Shown here: positions 1 to 10,057 of the stretch, in pieces
Layout of the letters: each line of letters opens with the position of its first letter
Position numbering within the stretch: position 1 is the first letter of the stretch
Source of the DNA: an uncultured Methanoregulaceae archaeon
GTDB lineage: Archaea; Halobacteriota; Methanomicrobia; Methanomicrobiales; Methanospirillaceae
Direction: 5' to 3'
Assembly (NCBI GenBank): GCA_963705255.1
Contig: OY970061.1
Coordinates: forward strand, 2,240,001-2,304,000
Length of the DNA stretch: 64,000 bases
Translations under genes and position numbers: made by a program
The notes under the pieces: generated by a model
Database searches by the model: none
What the model was told of the DNA's origin: nothing
What the model saw: only the letters and a program-made list of their open reading frames with translations

Positions 1-77
1 CCTCCAAGGGCGACATGAAGTGTTACTCGGTCGGGAAAAAGGAAGAACGCGAGCGGATCGCAAAATCTGCCCGTTAA
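1..77 (+). CDS. rps7: 30S ribosomal protein S7, C-terminal fragment (truncated by window edge)
   Basis: Frame from nt 3 reads [24 protein letters not shown], the conserved archaeal S7 C-terminus, directly upstream of EF-2. Confidence 0.9.
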   Translation, partial: SKGDMKCYSVGKKEERERIAKSAR

Positions 78-100
78 TTATCTTTTTTGAGGTTATTTTC

Positions 101-2299
101 ATGGTCCGCGGCAAAAAATCAGTTGAGCGCGTAACTGAGCTCATGAAGGAACCGAAGCATATTCGGAACATCGGTATCGTGGCACACATCGACCACGGCA
201 AGACGACCCTCTCCGACAACCTCCTCGCAGGCGCTGGCATCATCTCGGAAGAACTTGCCGGCAAACGACTCTTCATGGACTCGGACGAGGAGGAGCAGGC
301 CCGGGGTATCACCATCGACGCGTCCAACGTCTCGATGGTCCACGAGTATGAAGGTCAGGACTACCTGATCAACATGATCGATACGCCGGGTCACGTTGAC
401 TTCGGCGGCGACGTCACGCGTGCCATGCGTGCCGTTGACGGGGCCGTTGTGCTCGTCGATGCGGTCGAGGGCACGATGCCCCAGACCGAGACCGTGCTCC
501 GGCAGGCACTCAAGGAGCAGGTGCGCCCGATCCTCTTCATCAACAAGGTCGACCGGCTCATCAACGAGCTGAAAGTCGATGAGATGGAGATGCAGATCCG
601 GCTCGGCAAGGTGATCGACAAGGTCAATAAACTGATCAAGGGGATGAACGAGGAGGCCTACAACAACGGCTGGAAGCTCGATGCCGCCAAGGGTACCGTT
701 GCATTCGGCTCAGCTCTCTACAACTGGGCAGTCTCTGCGCCGTTCATGAAGAAGAGTGGCGTCTCGTTCAAGGATGTGTACAACAAGTGCCGCGAAGGGG
801 ACATGAAGTATCTTGCCAAGCACAGCCCGCTCTCCGATGTCCTGCTCGATATTGTCGTAAACCAGCTTCCCAACCCCCTCGATGCACAGAAGCGCCGTAT
901 CCCGGTCATCTGGCACGGGGACAAGGAATCAAAGGAAGGCAAGGCTATGATCACCTGCGACCCGAATGGTCCGGTCGCACTGATGGTCACCGACATCTCC
1001 TTTGACCCCCATGCAGGCGAAGTCGCCACCGGGCGTCTTTTTTCAGGAAAACTGAAGCGGGGCGACGGGCTCTATATCATGGGCTCCGCCAAGAAGGAGA
1101 ACCGTCTCCAGCAGGTCGGCATCTTCATGGGCCCCAAGCGTGTCGAGGTCGAGGAGATTGTCGGCGGGAACATCGCCGCAGTCACCGGTCTCCGGGATGC
1201 GATCGTCGGCTCCACCGTCACCTCGCTCATGGAGATGACGCCGTTTGAGTCGCTCAAGCACTATTCGGAACCGGTCATGACGGTTGCTGTTGAAGCGAAG
1301 AACATGAAGGACCTGCCCAAGCTCGTTGAAGTGCTCCGCCAAGTGGCCAAGGAAGACCCGACCCTCGGTATCGCCATCAACGAAGAGACCGGAGAGCACC
1401 TCATCTCCGGCATGGGCGAACTGCACCTCGAGATCGTCACCGGCCGTATCAAGCGTGACAAGGGTGTCGAGATTATCACCTCTGAGCCGATCGTGGTGTA
1501 CCGTGAGACCGTGACCGGCAAGGTCGAGGCAGTCGAAGGGAAGTCCCCGAACCGGCACAACCGCTTCTACTTTGACCTTGAGCCCCTGCCCGATTCGATC
1601 GTAGACCTGATCAAGAAAGGCGAAGTCTCGATGAACCAGCAGGCCATCGAACGCCGTGACGTGCTCATGAAGGCCGGCATGGACAAGGACGAGGCCAAGA
1701 ACGTCAAGGACATCAAGGGCACCAACATGCTCTTCGACATGACCAAGGGTGTCCAGTACCTCAACGAGACCATGGAACTGATCATCGAGGGTATCCACGA
1801 GGCGCTCGCCGGTGGCCCGCTTGCGGACGAGCCGGTCCAGAACCTCAAGATGCGCCTTGTCGATGTCAAGCTCCACGAGGACGCGATCCACCGCGGCCCG
1901 GCCCAGGTCATCCCTGCAGTCCGCGGCGCTATCAAGGGCGGCCTGCTGCTCGCCGGCGATTCGCTTCTCGAGCCAGTCCAGAAGATCCAGATCACGGTCC
2001 CGATGGACCAGATGGGTGCTGCAACCTCCCAGATCCAGGGCCGGCGCGGCCAGGTCTTCGACATGGCGAGCGAGGGTGACACGATCACGGTCGTCGGTAA
2101 GGCCCCGGTCGCCGAGCTCTTCGGGTTTGCCGGTGACATCCGGTCCGCAACCGAAGGCCGGGCGATGTGGAACACCGAGTTCTCAGGCTTCGAGCTCGTG
2201 CCCAACAACATGGTCAAGGAAGTCGTGGTCAGCATCCGCAAGCGCAAGGGCCTGAAAGAGCAGATGCCCACGCCGAACGACTACCTCGCGGCACAATAA
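101..2299 (+). CDS. fusA: Archaeal elongation factor 2 (aEF-2)
   Basis: [19 protein letters not shown] and NKVD GTPase motifs; diphthamide-site motif [12 protein letters not shown]; ATG at 101 after GAGGT. Confidence 0.98.
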   Translation: MVRGKKSVERVTELMKEPKHIRNIGIVAHIDHGKTTLSDNLLAGAGIISEELAGKRLFMDSDEEEQARGITIDASNVSMVHEYEGQDYLINMIDTPGHVDFGGDVTRAMRAVDGAVVLVDAVEGTMPQTETVLRQALKEQVRPILFINKVDRLINELKVDEMEMQIRLGKVIDKVNKLIKGMNEEAYNNGWKLDAAKGTVAFGSALYNWAVSAPFMKKSGVSFKDVYNKCREGDMKYLAKHSPLSDVLLDIVVNQLPNPLDAQKRRIPVIWHGDKESKEGKAMITCDPNGPVALMVTDISFDPHAGEVATGRLFSGKLKRGDGLYIMGSAKKENRLQQVGIFMGPKRVEVEEIVGGNIAAVTGLRDAIVGSTVTSLMEMTPFESLKHYSEPVMTVAVEAKNMKDLPKLVEVLRQVAKEDPTLGIAINEETGEHLISGMGELHLEIVTGRIKRDKGVEIITSEPIVVYRETVTGKVEAVEGKSPNRHNRFYFDLEPLPDSIVDLIKKGEVSMNQQAIERRDVLMKAGMDKDEAKNVKDIKGTNMLFDMTKGVQYLNETMELIIEGIHEALAGGPLADEPVQNLKMRLVDVKLHEDAIHRGPAQVIPAVRGAIKGGLLLAGDSLLEPVQKIQITVPMDQMGAATSQIQGRRGQVFDMASEGDTITVVGKAPVAELFGFAGDIRSATEGRAMWNTEFSGFELVPNNMVKEVVVSIRKRKGLKEQMPTPNDYLAAQ

Positions 2300-2457
2300 T
2301 TTTTCACCTGGTCCCGGAACCAATACCCAATCTCCTTTTTAGTCTCATAGAAAAATTTTCGGTTTTTCATTTTTGACTTTCTTCATTGACGCTCCTGGGG
2401 GCTACGTCTTCAGGGTCTCCCCTCCTCTTCAGACGCCGCCCCCGCCGCGTGGGCGTT

Positions 2458-2502
2458 CCCCATATCGTGATAGTCCCTCAAAAGGTTAGCGAGAAATTTC
2501 CG
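2458..2502 (+). repeat. 45-bp dispersed repeat module, copy 1 (inverted copy at 4512-4556)
   Basis: CCCCATATCGTGATAGTCCCTCAAAAGGTTAGCGAGAAATTTCCG matches the reverse complement of 4512-4556 at 40/45 positions. Confidence 0.85.
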
Positions 2503-2770
2503 ATTAGAGGAAGAAGATTAGATACACCAGGCGGCGGATCAGTGACTATAGAACAGTTATTGTTACCACACTGCCCGGCCATGCCTCGGAGAGGCCCTGA
2601 GGCGGGGAACCTCATAACTCAACGATTTTCAAGGATTCGGGACGAATTCAATTTGTTTGCATTTGATTTTCCAGAGCCTTAAAAAATAAATTTTTTATTT
2701 ATTTCCGATATGATTCCGAAATCCTCCAACCGCAATCGTGAACATGCCGCCCGCCCCATTTTGTATCCAG

Positions 2771-3277
2771 ATGGCAAACGGCAGCAGGCTCAAGATCGTG
2801 ATTTTCGGCGCCTTCGGTGCAGGCAAGACCACCCTGATCAGGACCCTCGATCCCGGATCGAAGCACGTGGAGGCCAACTGTCCCGGCGGGACCACGACTG
2901 TCGCCCTCGATTTCGGGCGCGTGGAGCTGGACGGCCGCCAGCTCCATCTGTACGGCACACCCGGGCAGGAGCGGTTCGGGTTCGCCAGGGAGATCATTGC
3001 AAAGGGTATGGATGGGGCGGTCCTCCTTGTCGACGCCACGGCGCCGCTGGACGAGTTCACCCTGCACCTCTACAGTACCCTTTCCGCCGCGAAGGTCCCA
3101 TCCGTCGTTTTCCTGAACAAGTGCGGCTGCGAGGGTGCACACCCGGACGCTTTTTCAGGCTGTTTCGGGACAAAACCCATCTGGCCTGTTTCTGCGCAGG
3201 ACAGGAACGCATGCCTCGACGCCCTCTCGCGTTTCGCCGGTAATCTGACACAGCGGATGAACGGGCAGGAATCATGA
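2771..3277 (+). CDS. Small Ras-like GTPase, MglA/CvnD-like (COG2229-type)
   Basis: G1 GAFGAGKTT, TTTVALDFG, G3 GTPGQERF, G4 NKC; start could be 2743. Confidence 0.85.
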   Translation: MANGSRLKIVIFGAFGAGKTTLIRTLDPGSKHVEANCPGGTTTVALDFGRVELDGRQLHLYGTPGQERFGFAREIIAKGMDGAVLLVDATAPLDEFTLHLYSTLSAAKVPSVVFLNKCGCEGAHPDAFSGCFGTKPIWPVSAQDRNACLDALSRFAGNLTQRMNGQES

Positions 3278-3439
3278 AGGTGGATTGGATTTTTTTCATC
3301 TGCGCCATCCCTTTGCGTGACTGTAACCGGAATTTGTGGTGTATCCTGTAATTTGCTGATGTGGGAGGCTGCCGACACCCATCCCGTCATGATAGACGCC
3401 GCCGCTCCCGACGAGGCGCCCCCGCGGCGGATCAGTGAG

Positions 3440-3636
3440 CAGAAGCGATACTCCCCAAGCGCGAGCTGCTGAACAACTTCCATCGGTACGGTTCCTTTGT
3501 CGCTTAAGATCTCCTGCTCGTTGAACCTGAGGAAAGCATCGAGTTTCTCTTTCCACTCCCGCATGTAGACCGGCTGTTTCCTCCCGGCCTGCAACTCGGC
3601 ATAGTCGAGGTACATGGTGATGATGCGGTTCAGCTG
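3440..3636 (-). pseudogene. Fragment of a virulence RhuM-family protein (C-terminal part only)
   Basis: QLNRIITMYLDYAELQAGRKQPVYMREWKEKLDAFLRFNEQEIL resembles the RhuM C-terminal motif; no start codon or N-terminal part. Confidence 0.7.
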
Positions 3637-3695
3637 TGGTCTGACTAAAAAGGTGCTATTGTGTCCGGATATTTTCCCGGTCGTGATCCTTGTCT

Positions 3696-4169
3696 TCATG
3701 CCATCGATGCCTTTACGATGGCGACATCCTTCACCGGCCTGTCGCCGGGGCCGGTCTTCGTCTTCCCAATCCTGTCGACAACGTCCATGCCTTCGATTAC
3801 CTTCCCGAAGACCGGGTGCTTCCCGTCGAGGAAATTGTTGTCGGTAAGGTTGATGAAGAACTGGGAGCCGCCCGTGTCGGGCCCGGCATTTGCCATGGAG
3901 ATCGTACCGCGGTTGTTCCTGTTGCTGGCGGTGAACTCGTCCTGGATCGCGTAACCGGGTCCGCCCCTGCCGGTGCCGGTGGGATCGCCGCCCTGGATCA
4001 TGAAGCCGCTGATGACCCGGTGGAAGATGGTGCCGTTATAATACCCTTTTTTCACGAGCGTTTCGAAGTTCCCGGCGGTGATCGGCATGTCGGGTGCGAG
4101 GGCGATCGTGATCGTGCCCATGGTAGTCTCGAGTTTCACGAGTTTTGAGGATTGCTCTTCTGCGGTCAT
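3696..4169 (-). CDS. ppiA: Cyclophilin-type peptidyl-prolyl cis-trans isomerase (cytoplasmic)
   Basis: [35 protein letters not shown] and HPVFGKV motifs. Confidence 0.95.
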   Translation of the reverse strand: MTAEEQSSKLVKLETTMGTITIALAPDMPITAGNFETLVKKGYYNGTIFHRVISGFMIQGGDPTGTGRGGPGYAIQDEFTASNRNNRGTISMANAGPDTGGSQFFINLTDNNFLDGKHPVFGKVIEGMDVVDRIGKTKTGPGDRPVKDVAIVKASMA

Positions 4170-4330
4170 AGCTGGTTAAGAATATGGCACCTCCTGATTC
4201 TTCTGTGTTGTGAAGAACCGGGGAGGCCGGGATGAAAAAAGGGGTCAGACATGCTCTGCAGAAATCCTGTAAGTGTCTATTTTTTTGTAAACTCCTTGAA
4301 GAGGCTGTGAGAGTGACCCCCTCTCTCAAG

Positions 4331-4709
4331 TCGAAGAACTCTGACGAGTTCTTCCCCAGTCTGCTCTTCCCTTCGGGAACAGAAGTCTCCCCATTGGGGA
4401 GGCAGCCCAAGGGGTGCATCCCCTTGAATCTCTGAGCGGTCTTCAGACCTCGAAGAGGAGAAGGGAGGCAAGAGCCGACCTTCGACCCATCTATTATTCC
4501 TCCTGTTCTCCCGGGAATTTCTCGCTAACCTTCTGAGTGACTATCACAGTATGGGGCAAATCTGCCGTTGCCCAAGGCAAGGGCAGATTCGAGAAGATGC
4601 GAGAGCATCTTCGCTGTGCCCTAGTGGCAGGCAATTCGAAGAACGCTGACGCGTTCTTCTCTTGTCTCCATGACTTCGTCATGTCGACATCCCCAAGAGC
4701 GTCAGAACA
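4331..4709. repeat. Mosaic cluster of REP-like hairpins between the two cyclophilin genes
   Basis: GAAGAACTC-TGAC-GAGTTCTTC (4333-4354), a reverse-oriented copy at ~4590-4613, GAAGAACGC-TGAC-GCGTTCTTC (4638-4659), the 45-bp module (4512-4556) and several extra hairpins. Confidence 0.85.
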
Positions 4710-4735
4710 TTGTTCCAATGATTTCTACAGAGCCT

Positions 4736-5425
4736 TCAGACCATCACGGCACGGATGATCGTGATGTTCTGGAGGGGGCGGTTGTTCGGGTCGCCGGACG
4801 TGGGAGTGCTCCCGATCGCATCCACCACGTCCATCCCTTCGACCACGTTCCCGAAGACCGGGTAATGGCTGTCAAAGCCGGGCTGGAGGGCGCTGTTGTT
4901 CACGAGATTGATGAAGAACTGGGAGCCCCCGCTGTTCGGCTGCCCGGTGTTGGCCATTGCGACCGCCCCGCGGCTGTTCATGTTGTGGCTCGTGAACTCG
5001 TCCGGGATCGTGTAGCCCGGTCCGCCCAGGCCGGTACCGGTAGGGTCGCCGCCCTGAATCATGAAGCCGCTGATGACCCGGTGGAAGATGGTGCCGTCAT
5101 AGTAGCCCTTCAAAACGAGGGTCCCGAAGTTGCCGGCCGTGATCGGCATCGCAGGGTCGAGCGCGATGGTGATGTTGCCCATCGTGGTCTCGAGCAGCAC
5201 CTCCCTGCCGGAGAGCGCTGAAGTGGCTGTCGTGACCGCCGTGGTGGTTGCCGTGGCTGTTACCGTAGCGGACAGAGGTGCTGCCGTGGCGGCGGGCGCC
5301 AGGGTGGTTGCAGCCGCGGCCTGTGCGGTTCCTGAGGGTGCTGGCTGGGTGCATCCTGCGCAGAACAGAAGTGCTGCCGCAAAGAGCCCGAGAATACAGA
5401 GTGTCCTGACTGGTGACATCCTCAT
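4736..5425 (-). CDS. Secreted/lipid-anchored cyclophilin-type PPIase with Ala/Thr-rich linker
   Basis: Hydrophobic signal ending CAGC (lipobox-like), Thr/Ala linker, then a cyclophilin domain [15 protein letters not shown]. Confidence 0.9.
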   Translation of the reverse strand: MRMSPVRTLCILGLFAAALLFCAGCTQPAPSGTAQAAAATTLAPAATAAPLSATVTATATTTAVTTATSALSGREVLLETTMGNITIALDPAMPITAGNFGTLVLKGYYDGTIFHRVISGFMIQGGDPTGTGLGGPGYTIPDEFTSHNMNSRGAVAMANTGQPNSGGSQFFINLVNNSALQPGFDSHYPVFGNVVEGMDVVDAIGSTPTSGDPNNRPLQNITIIRAVMV

Positions 5426-5480
5426 ACTATCGGTGCTGCGGGAAAATAGAGGTTGCGGGGACTTTCAGTTCCCCTTGTAT

Positions 5481-6167
5481 TCACTCTGCCTTCTTCTCAT
5501 CGTCCCTACGGCCTCTTGTGCCGAAGAAGAAGATCACGCCGGCGGCAAGGACCATGGATACCGTACCTGCCAGGAGGACGAGCTCGCCTTTTGTGATTGC
5601 GTCATTGTAGTCCTTTGCCGACATATCGATGGCGAGCACGGCGACGGTGTTGCCGCCGGAGCCGCTGGCGGAATCATCGATCGGGGCATAGGCGCTCATG
5701 AACGACCCGTATTTTGTGGTGTAGGGCTGCTCCGAGGCGGTCGGGCCGGAGAGGGCGGCGAAGATCTCGTTCTGGTCCGGGGCAGTGGAGGCTTCGCCGA
5801 TCTTTGCCGAGCCCTGCGGGTCCAGCGGGTAGAGGTCGTCCACGAGGAACGTGGCGGTCTTATCCGGGTTCACCTTGAGGATGTAGGCGTTGAGGATGCG
5901 ATCGTCCATGCTGCGCAGGGTCTCCAGGTGCCGTGCAACGGCAAGATACTGCGGGGACATCTCGTCGCCGGCCCTGAGGCCGGCGATATCGCTGGCATTG
6001 ACCTGCGTGGCCATGACGCCCACCGTGGACTCCATCCCCTGCCGGGTGGCGTCCCGGAGGGCGTTCTGCTCGCTGGTATAGGCGAACATCGTGAGGGCCC
6101 CGATGATGACGATCACGAGGACAGCGCTCACCCCGAGGTTTGTTGAAACTGAAGATTTTCCCGTCAT
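5481..6167 (-). CDS. Stand-alone membrane sensor-like protein (TM-extracellular PDC/Cache-like domain-TM)
   Basis: Two TM helices flanking a domain with YTTKYGSFMSAYAPI...VAVLAIDM, typical of Cache/PDC folds; no cytoplasmic output domain. Confidence 0.65.
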   Translation of the reverse strand: MTGKSSVSTNLGVSAVLVIVIIGALTMFAYTSEQNALRDATRQGMESTVGVMATQVNASDIAGLRAGDEMSPQYLAVARHLETLRSMDDRILNAYILKVNPDKTATFLVDDLYPLDPQGSAKIGEASTAPDQNEIFAALSGPTASEQPYTTKYGSFMSAYAPIDDSASGSGGNTVAVLAIDMSAKDYNDAITKGELVLLAGTVSMVLAAGVIFFFGTRGRRDDEKKAE

Positions 6168-6168
6168 T

Positions 6169-7692
6169 TCAGGATCGCCTCCTTAAGGCTCCACCGGTAC
6201 CGATTATTGCCGCAACCCCGCCGATCAGGACCGCGGCGGAAGGGGCCGAGGCAGGCGTTGGTGCCGGTGCAGGCTGCAGGCTGATGGCAAGCGGCGTCAC
6301 CTGCCCCGGGTTCACCGTTGCGGCAGTCGTATAGTCGACGTACCCGGCGTACCTCAGCAGGACCTGGTGCTGCCCGGGCGCAATACTGCCGGGGGTGGCA
6401 GGGGTGTATCCCTCGAAGAGGTTGTCGATGTAGATCTCTGCGCCTGCCGGGGTCGAGACGATGGTGAACCCGCCGGTTGCAGGCAGCGGTGTCGGGTTGG
6501 GCCCGACCTGCGTCAGCGTGGCCGTGATGGGGGTGACGACGTTGGGCATGATGTAGACAGAACTGAGCCAGTCATTATAACCGGGGCTGGTCACCCTGAA
6601 GAGGCGGTTGCCGTTCTGTACGCTGGAGAGAGCGAGGCTCCCCGACGGCGGGATCGTGCCCATGGGGTTGTTGTCCACAAACACGCCCGCACCGGGCAGC
6701 GAGGTGATGACCACCGTACCGTACACGGCCGGGGCCATGACCGCGTTCAGGTACTGGTTTGTGTTCGGGTTCACGTAGACTGTTGAGTGATAATCCGTGT
6801 ACCCGGGCAGGGCCAGCCTGAACGCATGGCTCCCGGGATAGAGGGTGACGGTGAGCGGCGCCTTGCCCTGGTAGTTCCCGTCGACATAGATCAGGGCATG
6901 GTCCGGGTTCGATATCACCGCCACGGTGCCGGTGCTGCGGGGCGGTAGGGGGGACGGCTGGAGCGTCGGGTAATAGGTGGCGGTCTGGCCGGAGTACAGG
7001 GTGACTAGGCGGGTGTCCGGGGTGTACCCGTTCAGCGACGCCTTCATGGAGTACGTCCCGGGCGGCAGGTTCGGGATGGTGAGCGGGGAATACCCCATGA
7101 AATTGCCGTTCATGGAGATCGAGGCGCCCGCCGGGCTTGACTGGGCATACAGTGCCCCGGGCTGTACCGGGGGCACCGTTGTCTGGGTGGGGATCGGGTT
7201 CAGGGTAGCATACACCGCGACATGCTCCTGGTCCTGCGGCATATGCGGGAGCGGGCCCGACCACGGGGTATAGCCGGACAGCGATACCGTGACCGTGGAG
7301 ACCGGGGACGAGGAGGGAGAGACCGCTACCGAGAGAATGCCCCCGGCAGTCTGCCCTTGCGGCACTCCGTCGAAATAGACGGTCGCCCCGTTCACGTTGC
7401 AGTACGTGTCGATCCAGCCCTTGCCGCCTCCCACTTCCGTCGGTTGCGGGGGAATGGTGATGGTCGGTCCGGTGGTCGGGACGGTCGGTAACGGAGTGGT
7501 TACGATGGTTGTCGTGGGCACGGTCGTCGGCTCCGTCGTAGGGGGAGTCGTCGGTTCCGGTGTCGGCGGTGTGACAAAGGTCTCCATGGTGATCGTCGGG
7601 GTCTCCCCGGCCGCTGCGACCGGTGCGATGACTGCGGCGCAGAGTGCGCAGAGAATAACGATAACCAGAAGAATTGCGATGGATTTTTTCAC
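6169..7692 (-). CDS. PEGA-repeat cell-surface protein
   Basis: GTG start after GGTGA SD, signal peptide, Thr/Pro-rich linker, repeated SxPxGAxIYxDG...GY PEGA units, C-terminal TM with RRRS tail. Confidence 0.88.
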   Translation of the reverse strand: MKKSIAILLVIVILCALCAAVIAPVAAAGETPTITMETFVTPPTPEPTTPPTTEPTTVPTTTIVTTPLPTVPTTGPTITIPPQPTEVGGGKGWIDTYCNVNGATVYFDGVPQGQTAGGILSVAVSPSSSPVSTVTVSLSGYTPWSGPLPHMPQDQEHVAVYATLNPIPTQTTVPPVQPGALYAQSSPAGASISMNGNFMGYSPLTIPNLPPGTYSMKASLNGYTPDTRLVTLYSGQTATYYPTLQPSPLPPRSTGTVAVISNPDHALIYVDGNYQGKAPLTVTLYPGSHAFRLALPGYTDYHSTVYVNPNTNQYLNAVMAPAVYGTVVITSLPGAGVFVDNNPMGTIPPSGSLALSSVQNGNRLFRVTSPGYNDWLSSVYIMPNVVTPITATLTQVGPNPTPLPATGGFTIVSTPAGAEIYIDNLFEGYTPATPGSIAPGQHQVLLRYAGYVDYTTAATVNPGQVTPLAISLQPAPAPTPASAPSAAVLIGGVAAIIGTGGALRRRS

Positions 7693-7782
7693 AGAATCAC
7701 CCTGTAATGGTACATCAGGATCCTGCGCTATAAATAGGATACGTTTTCGGGTCGGAGAGGTTTCCAGCAAACCTCGACGAGA

Positions 7783-7809
7783 TCGAAGATTTACTCCGTA
7801 AATCTTCTC
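7783..7809 (+). repeat. REP-like hairpin copy
   Basis: TCGAAGATTTAC-TCC-GTAAATCTTCTC, with the same feet as the other copies. Confidence 0.75.
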
Positions 7810-7905
7810 CTCCCTGAATCTCGCTCCGCTTGATTCTTCGGATGGAGAAGTGAGGTGAAAACCGAACTTCGACTGTTCGGGCGGGGAACCGCCAGCCAGT
7901 CCCGG

Positions 7906-9081
7906 TCACCGGAATGACGCGATCACCCGCGAGAGCCGGTGCACGCCTTCCCTGATCTGCTCTTCGTCCGGGGCCGAGAAGTTCATCCGGATGGTATCGT
8001 CCCCTCCCCCGTCAACATAGAACGGGAGCCCGGGGAGGACCGCGACCTTGTTCTTTACCCCCTCGTCAAAGACCTTCCGCGAGGAGATCCCTGGGGGGAG
8101 TGTTGCCATCAGGAACATGCCCCCATCCGGGCGGGTGTGGGGGCACTGCGGCAGCAGGTCGTCGAGGAGGTCGCACATCAGCCGGCACCGCCCGCCGTAC
8201 ACCGCGACGATGCGCCGGATATGCCTATCGAGGTCATGCGTTGCCAGGTACCGGTGCAGGATCTTCTGGCAGAGGAAGTTGGAGTGCAGGTCCGCCGCCT
8301 GCTTGGCGATATTGAACTTTGCCAGGATCTCCCGGGGGGCGTACATCCAGCCGATCCGCATCCCCGGCGCGATGATCTTGGAGAACGAACCGGACAGGAC
8401 GGCCTGGTCCGGCAGCCAGCGTTTCAGCGGGGGGCGGGGCCTGCCGTCGAAGAAGAGCTCGCCGAAGGCGTCGTCTTCGTAAAAGACCGTACTGGTGCTG
8501 CCGATGATATCGGCAACGGCTCTCCTCTTCTCCAGCGACCAGGTGGTACCGGACGGGTTCTGGCTGTTGGGGATGCCGTAGAAGAACCTGACCGGCGTAC
8601 CGCTGACGAGCCGCCCGAATGCCGCAAGGTCCGGCCCGTCGTCCTCCAGCCTGACCGTGTCGATGGCTGGTTCATAGAGCGAGAAGGCCTCGATCGCCCC
8701 GAGGTAGCCGGGTCGCTCCATGCCCACGTGGTCTCCCTTGTCCAGGAAGATCTTGGCGAAGAGGTCGAGGCACTGCTGGGAACCATTGACGATCTGGATC
8801 TCTCCGGCCGTGGCCGGGATGCCGAGTCGCCGGCGGTAGCGGTCCGCGATGAACTCCCGCAGCGGGAGGTAGCCGTCGGTAGTCGTGTACTGGAGGGCGA
8901 CGCCGGCTTCCCCCTCCATGACATCGCGGGTTGCTGCTCCAATCCCCCCGGTATCGATCAGCGCGGAAGACGGGAGCCCGCCGGCAAACGAGATGATGGA
9001 CGGGTCGGCCGAGACCCGGAAGAGCTCGTCGAGAAACGATGGCGGGGCGCGCGAGAGCCTGTCTGCAAACCGGTAGTGCAT
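7906..9081 (-). CDS. PLP-dependent aminotransferase class I (LysN/MocR-like)
   Basis: ISFAGGLP, NGSQQ, QNPSG, EDDAF, SFSKIIAPGMRIG; ATG at 9081. Confidence 0.92.
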   Translation of the reverse strand: MHYRFADRLSRAPPSFLDELFRVSADPSIISFAGGLPSSALIDTGGIGAATRDVMEGEAGVALQYTTTDGYLPLREFIADRYRRRLGIPATAGEIQIVNGSQQCLDLFAKIFLDKGDHVGMERPGYLGAIEAFSLYEPAIDTVRLEDDGPDLAAFGRLVSGTPVRFFYGIPNSQNPSGTTWSLEKRRAVADIIGSTSTVFYEDDAFGELFFDGRPRPPLKRWLPDQAVLSGSFSKIIAPGMRIGWMYAPREILAKFNIAKQAADLHSNFLCQKILHRYLATHDLDRHIRRIVAVYGGRCRLMCDLLDDLLPQCPHTRPDGGMFLMATLPPGISSRKVFDEGVKNKVAVLPGLPFYVDGGGDDTIRMNFSAPDEEQIREGVHRLSRVIASFR

Positions 9082-9229
9082 GGGGAATCCTCCGGGGTTT
9101 TTTTGCCGGGATGTGAATGGCAATGCATTGGGCAGCGGGAACAAAAAACCTATGGAGACGGCGCTCCTGCTGCCGGTACCCGAGTTTTTTAGGCTCCCGG
9201 CACGATCCACTATCATAGGGGGATCGTAT

Positions 9230-9997
9230 ATGGAACGGGCGGCTGCCAGCCCTGAAATGACGGCGGAAGACTGGTACTGGCGCGGCACAGCGCTCACCTG
9301 TACCGGGCGGTACGCCGAGGCGATCGGGTGTTTCGACCGCGCCCTCGAACTTGAACCGGAGAGCCCAAGGGTGCTCGTGGCCCTCGGTGCTGCAGTCGAC
9401 CGCCTCGGCCTGTTCCGCGAGACCATTCTCTGCTGCGAACGGGCGCTCGGGACCGACCCGGGCTGTACCGATGCCTGGTTCATGAAAGGCCTTGCCCTCT
9501 TCCGGCTGGCGCAGTACCGGGACGCGATCGCCTGTTTTGACGAGGTCGTCGCACGCGACCCCGGGCATGCAGAGGCATGGTTCATGAGCGGGAACTGCCG
9601 TTACCAGGGCGGGGAGCTGGAGGAGGCGATCCGCTGCTTTGACATGACCCTGGGCATCCGCAGGAAGTACCCGAAAGCGCTCTACAACACGGGGGTCGCG
9701 CTCGGGGAGCTCGGGAGGTTTGACGAGGCAGTCCTCCTCTACGATGAATGTCTTGCCGTGAACCCGGGGGTAGCCATGGTCATGACCAACAAGGCGGTCG
9801 CCCTTGCACGGCTCCGGCGGTACGACGAGGCGGAGGCGCTCCTGCGCGAAGCCCTCGAGATAGACCCGCTCGACGCGACTGCATGGGCGAACCTTGGCCT
9901 CTGCCTCGGGCGGCTCGGGCGGGAGCAGGAGTCGGTCGCGTGCTTTTCCCGGGTGCGGGAACTGACCGGCGCCAATGTCCGGGAGATCGTGCGGTGA
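9230..9997 (+). CDS. Tetratricopeptide repeat protein
   Basis: About 7 tandem 34-aa TPR units (AW..KG.AL..L..Y.EA..CF). Confidence 0.9.
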   Translation: MERAAASPEMTAEDWYWRGTALTCTGRYAEAIGCFDRALELEPESPRVLVALGAAVDRLGLFRETILCCERALGTDPGCTDAWFMKGLALFRLAQYRDAIACFDEVVARDPGHAEAWFMSGNCRYQGGELEEAIRCFDMTLGIRRKYPKALYNTGVALGELGRFDEAVLLYDECLAVNPGVAMVMTNKAVALARLRRYDEAEALLREALEIDPLDATAWANLGLCLGRLGREQESVACFSRVRELTGANVREIVR

Positions 9998-10057
9998 ACG
10001 GTGCTGCGTGGACAACCCGGTGCCGGGTGGCCCACGAAAACGATATCCTGTGTCCCA

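Noticed and set aside
2386-2682. ORF sharing the peptide IV.QKVSEKFP with ORF 4494-4718
   Set aside because: The shared peptide is just the translation of the non-coding 45-bp repeat; neither ORF looks coding.
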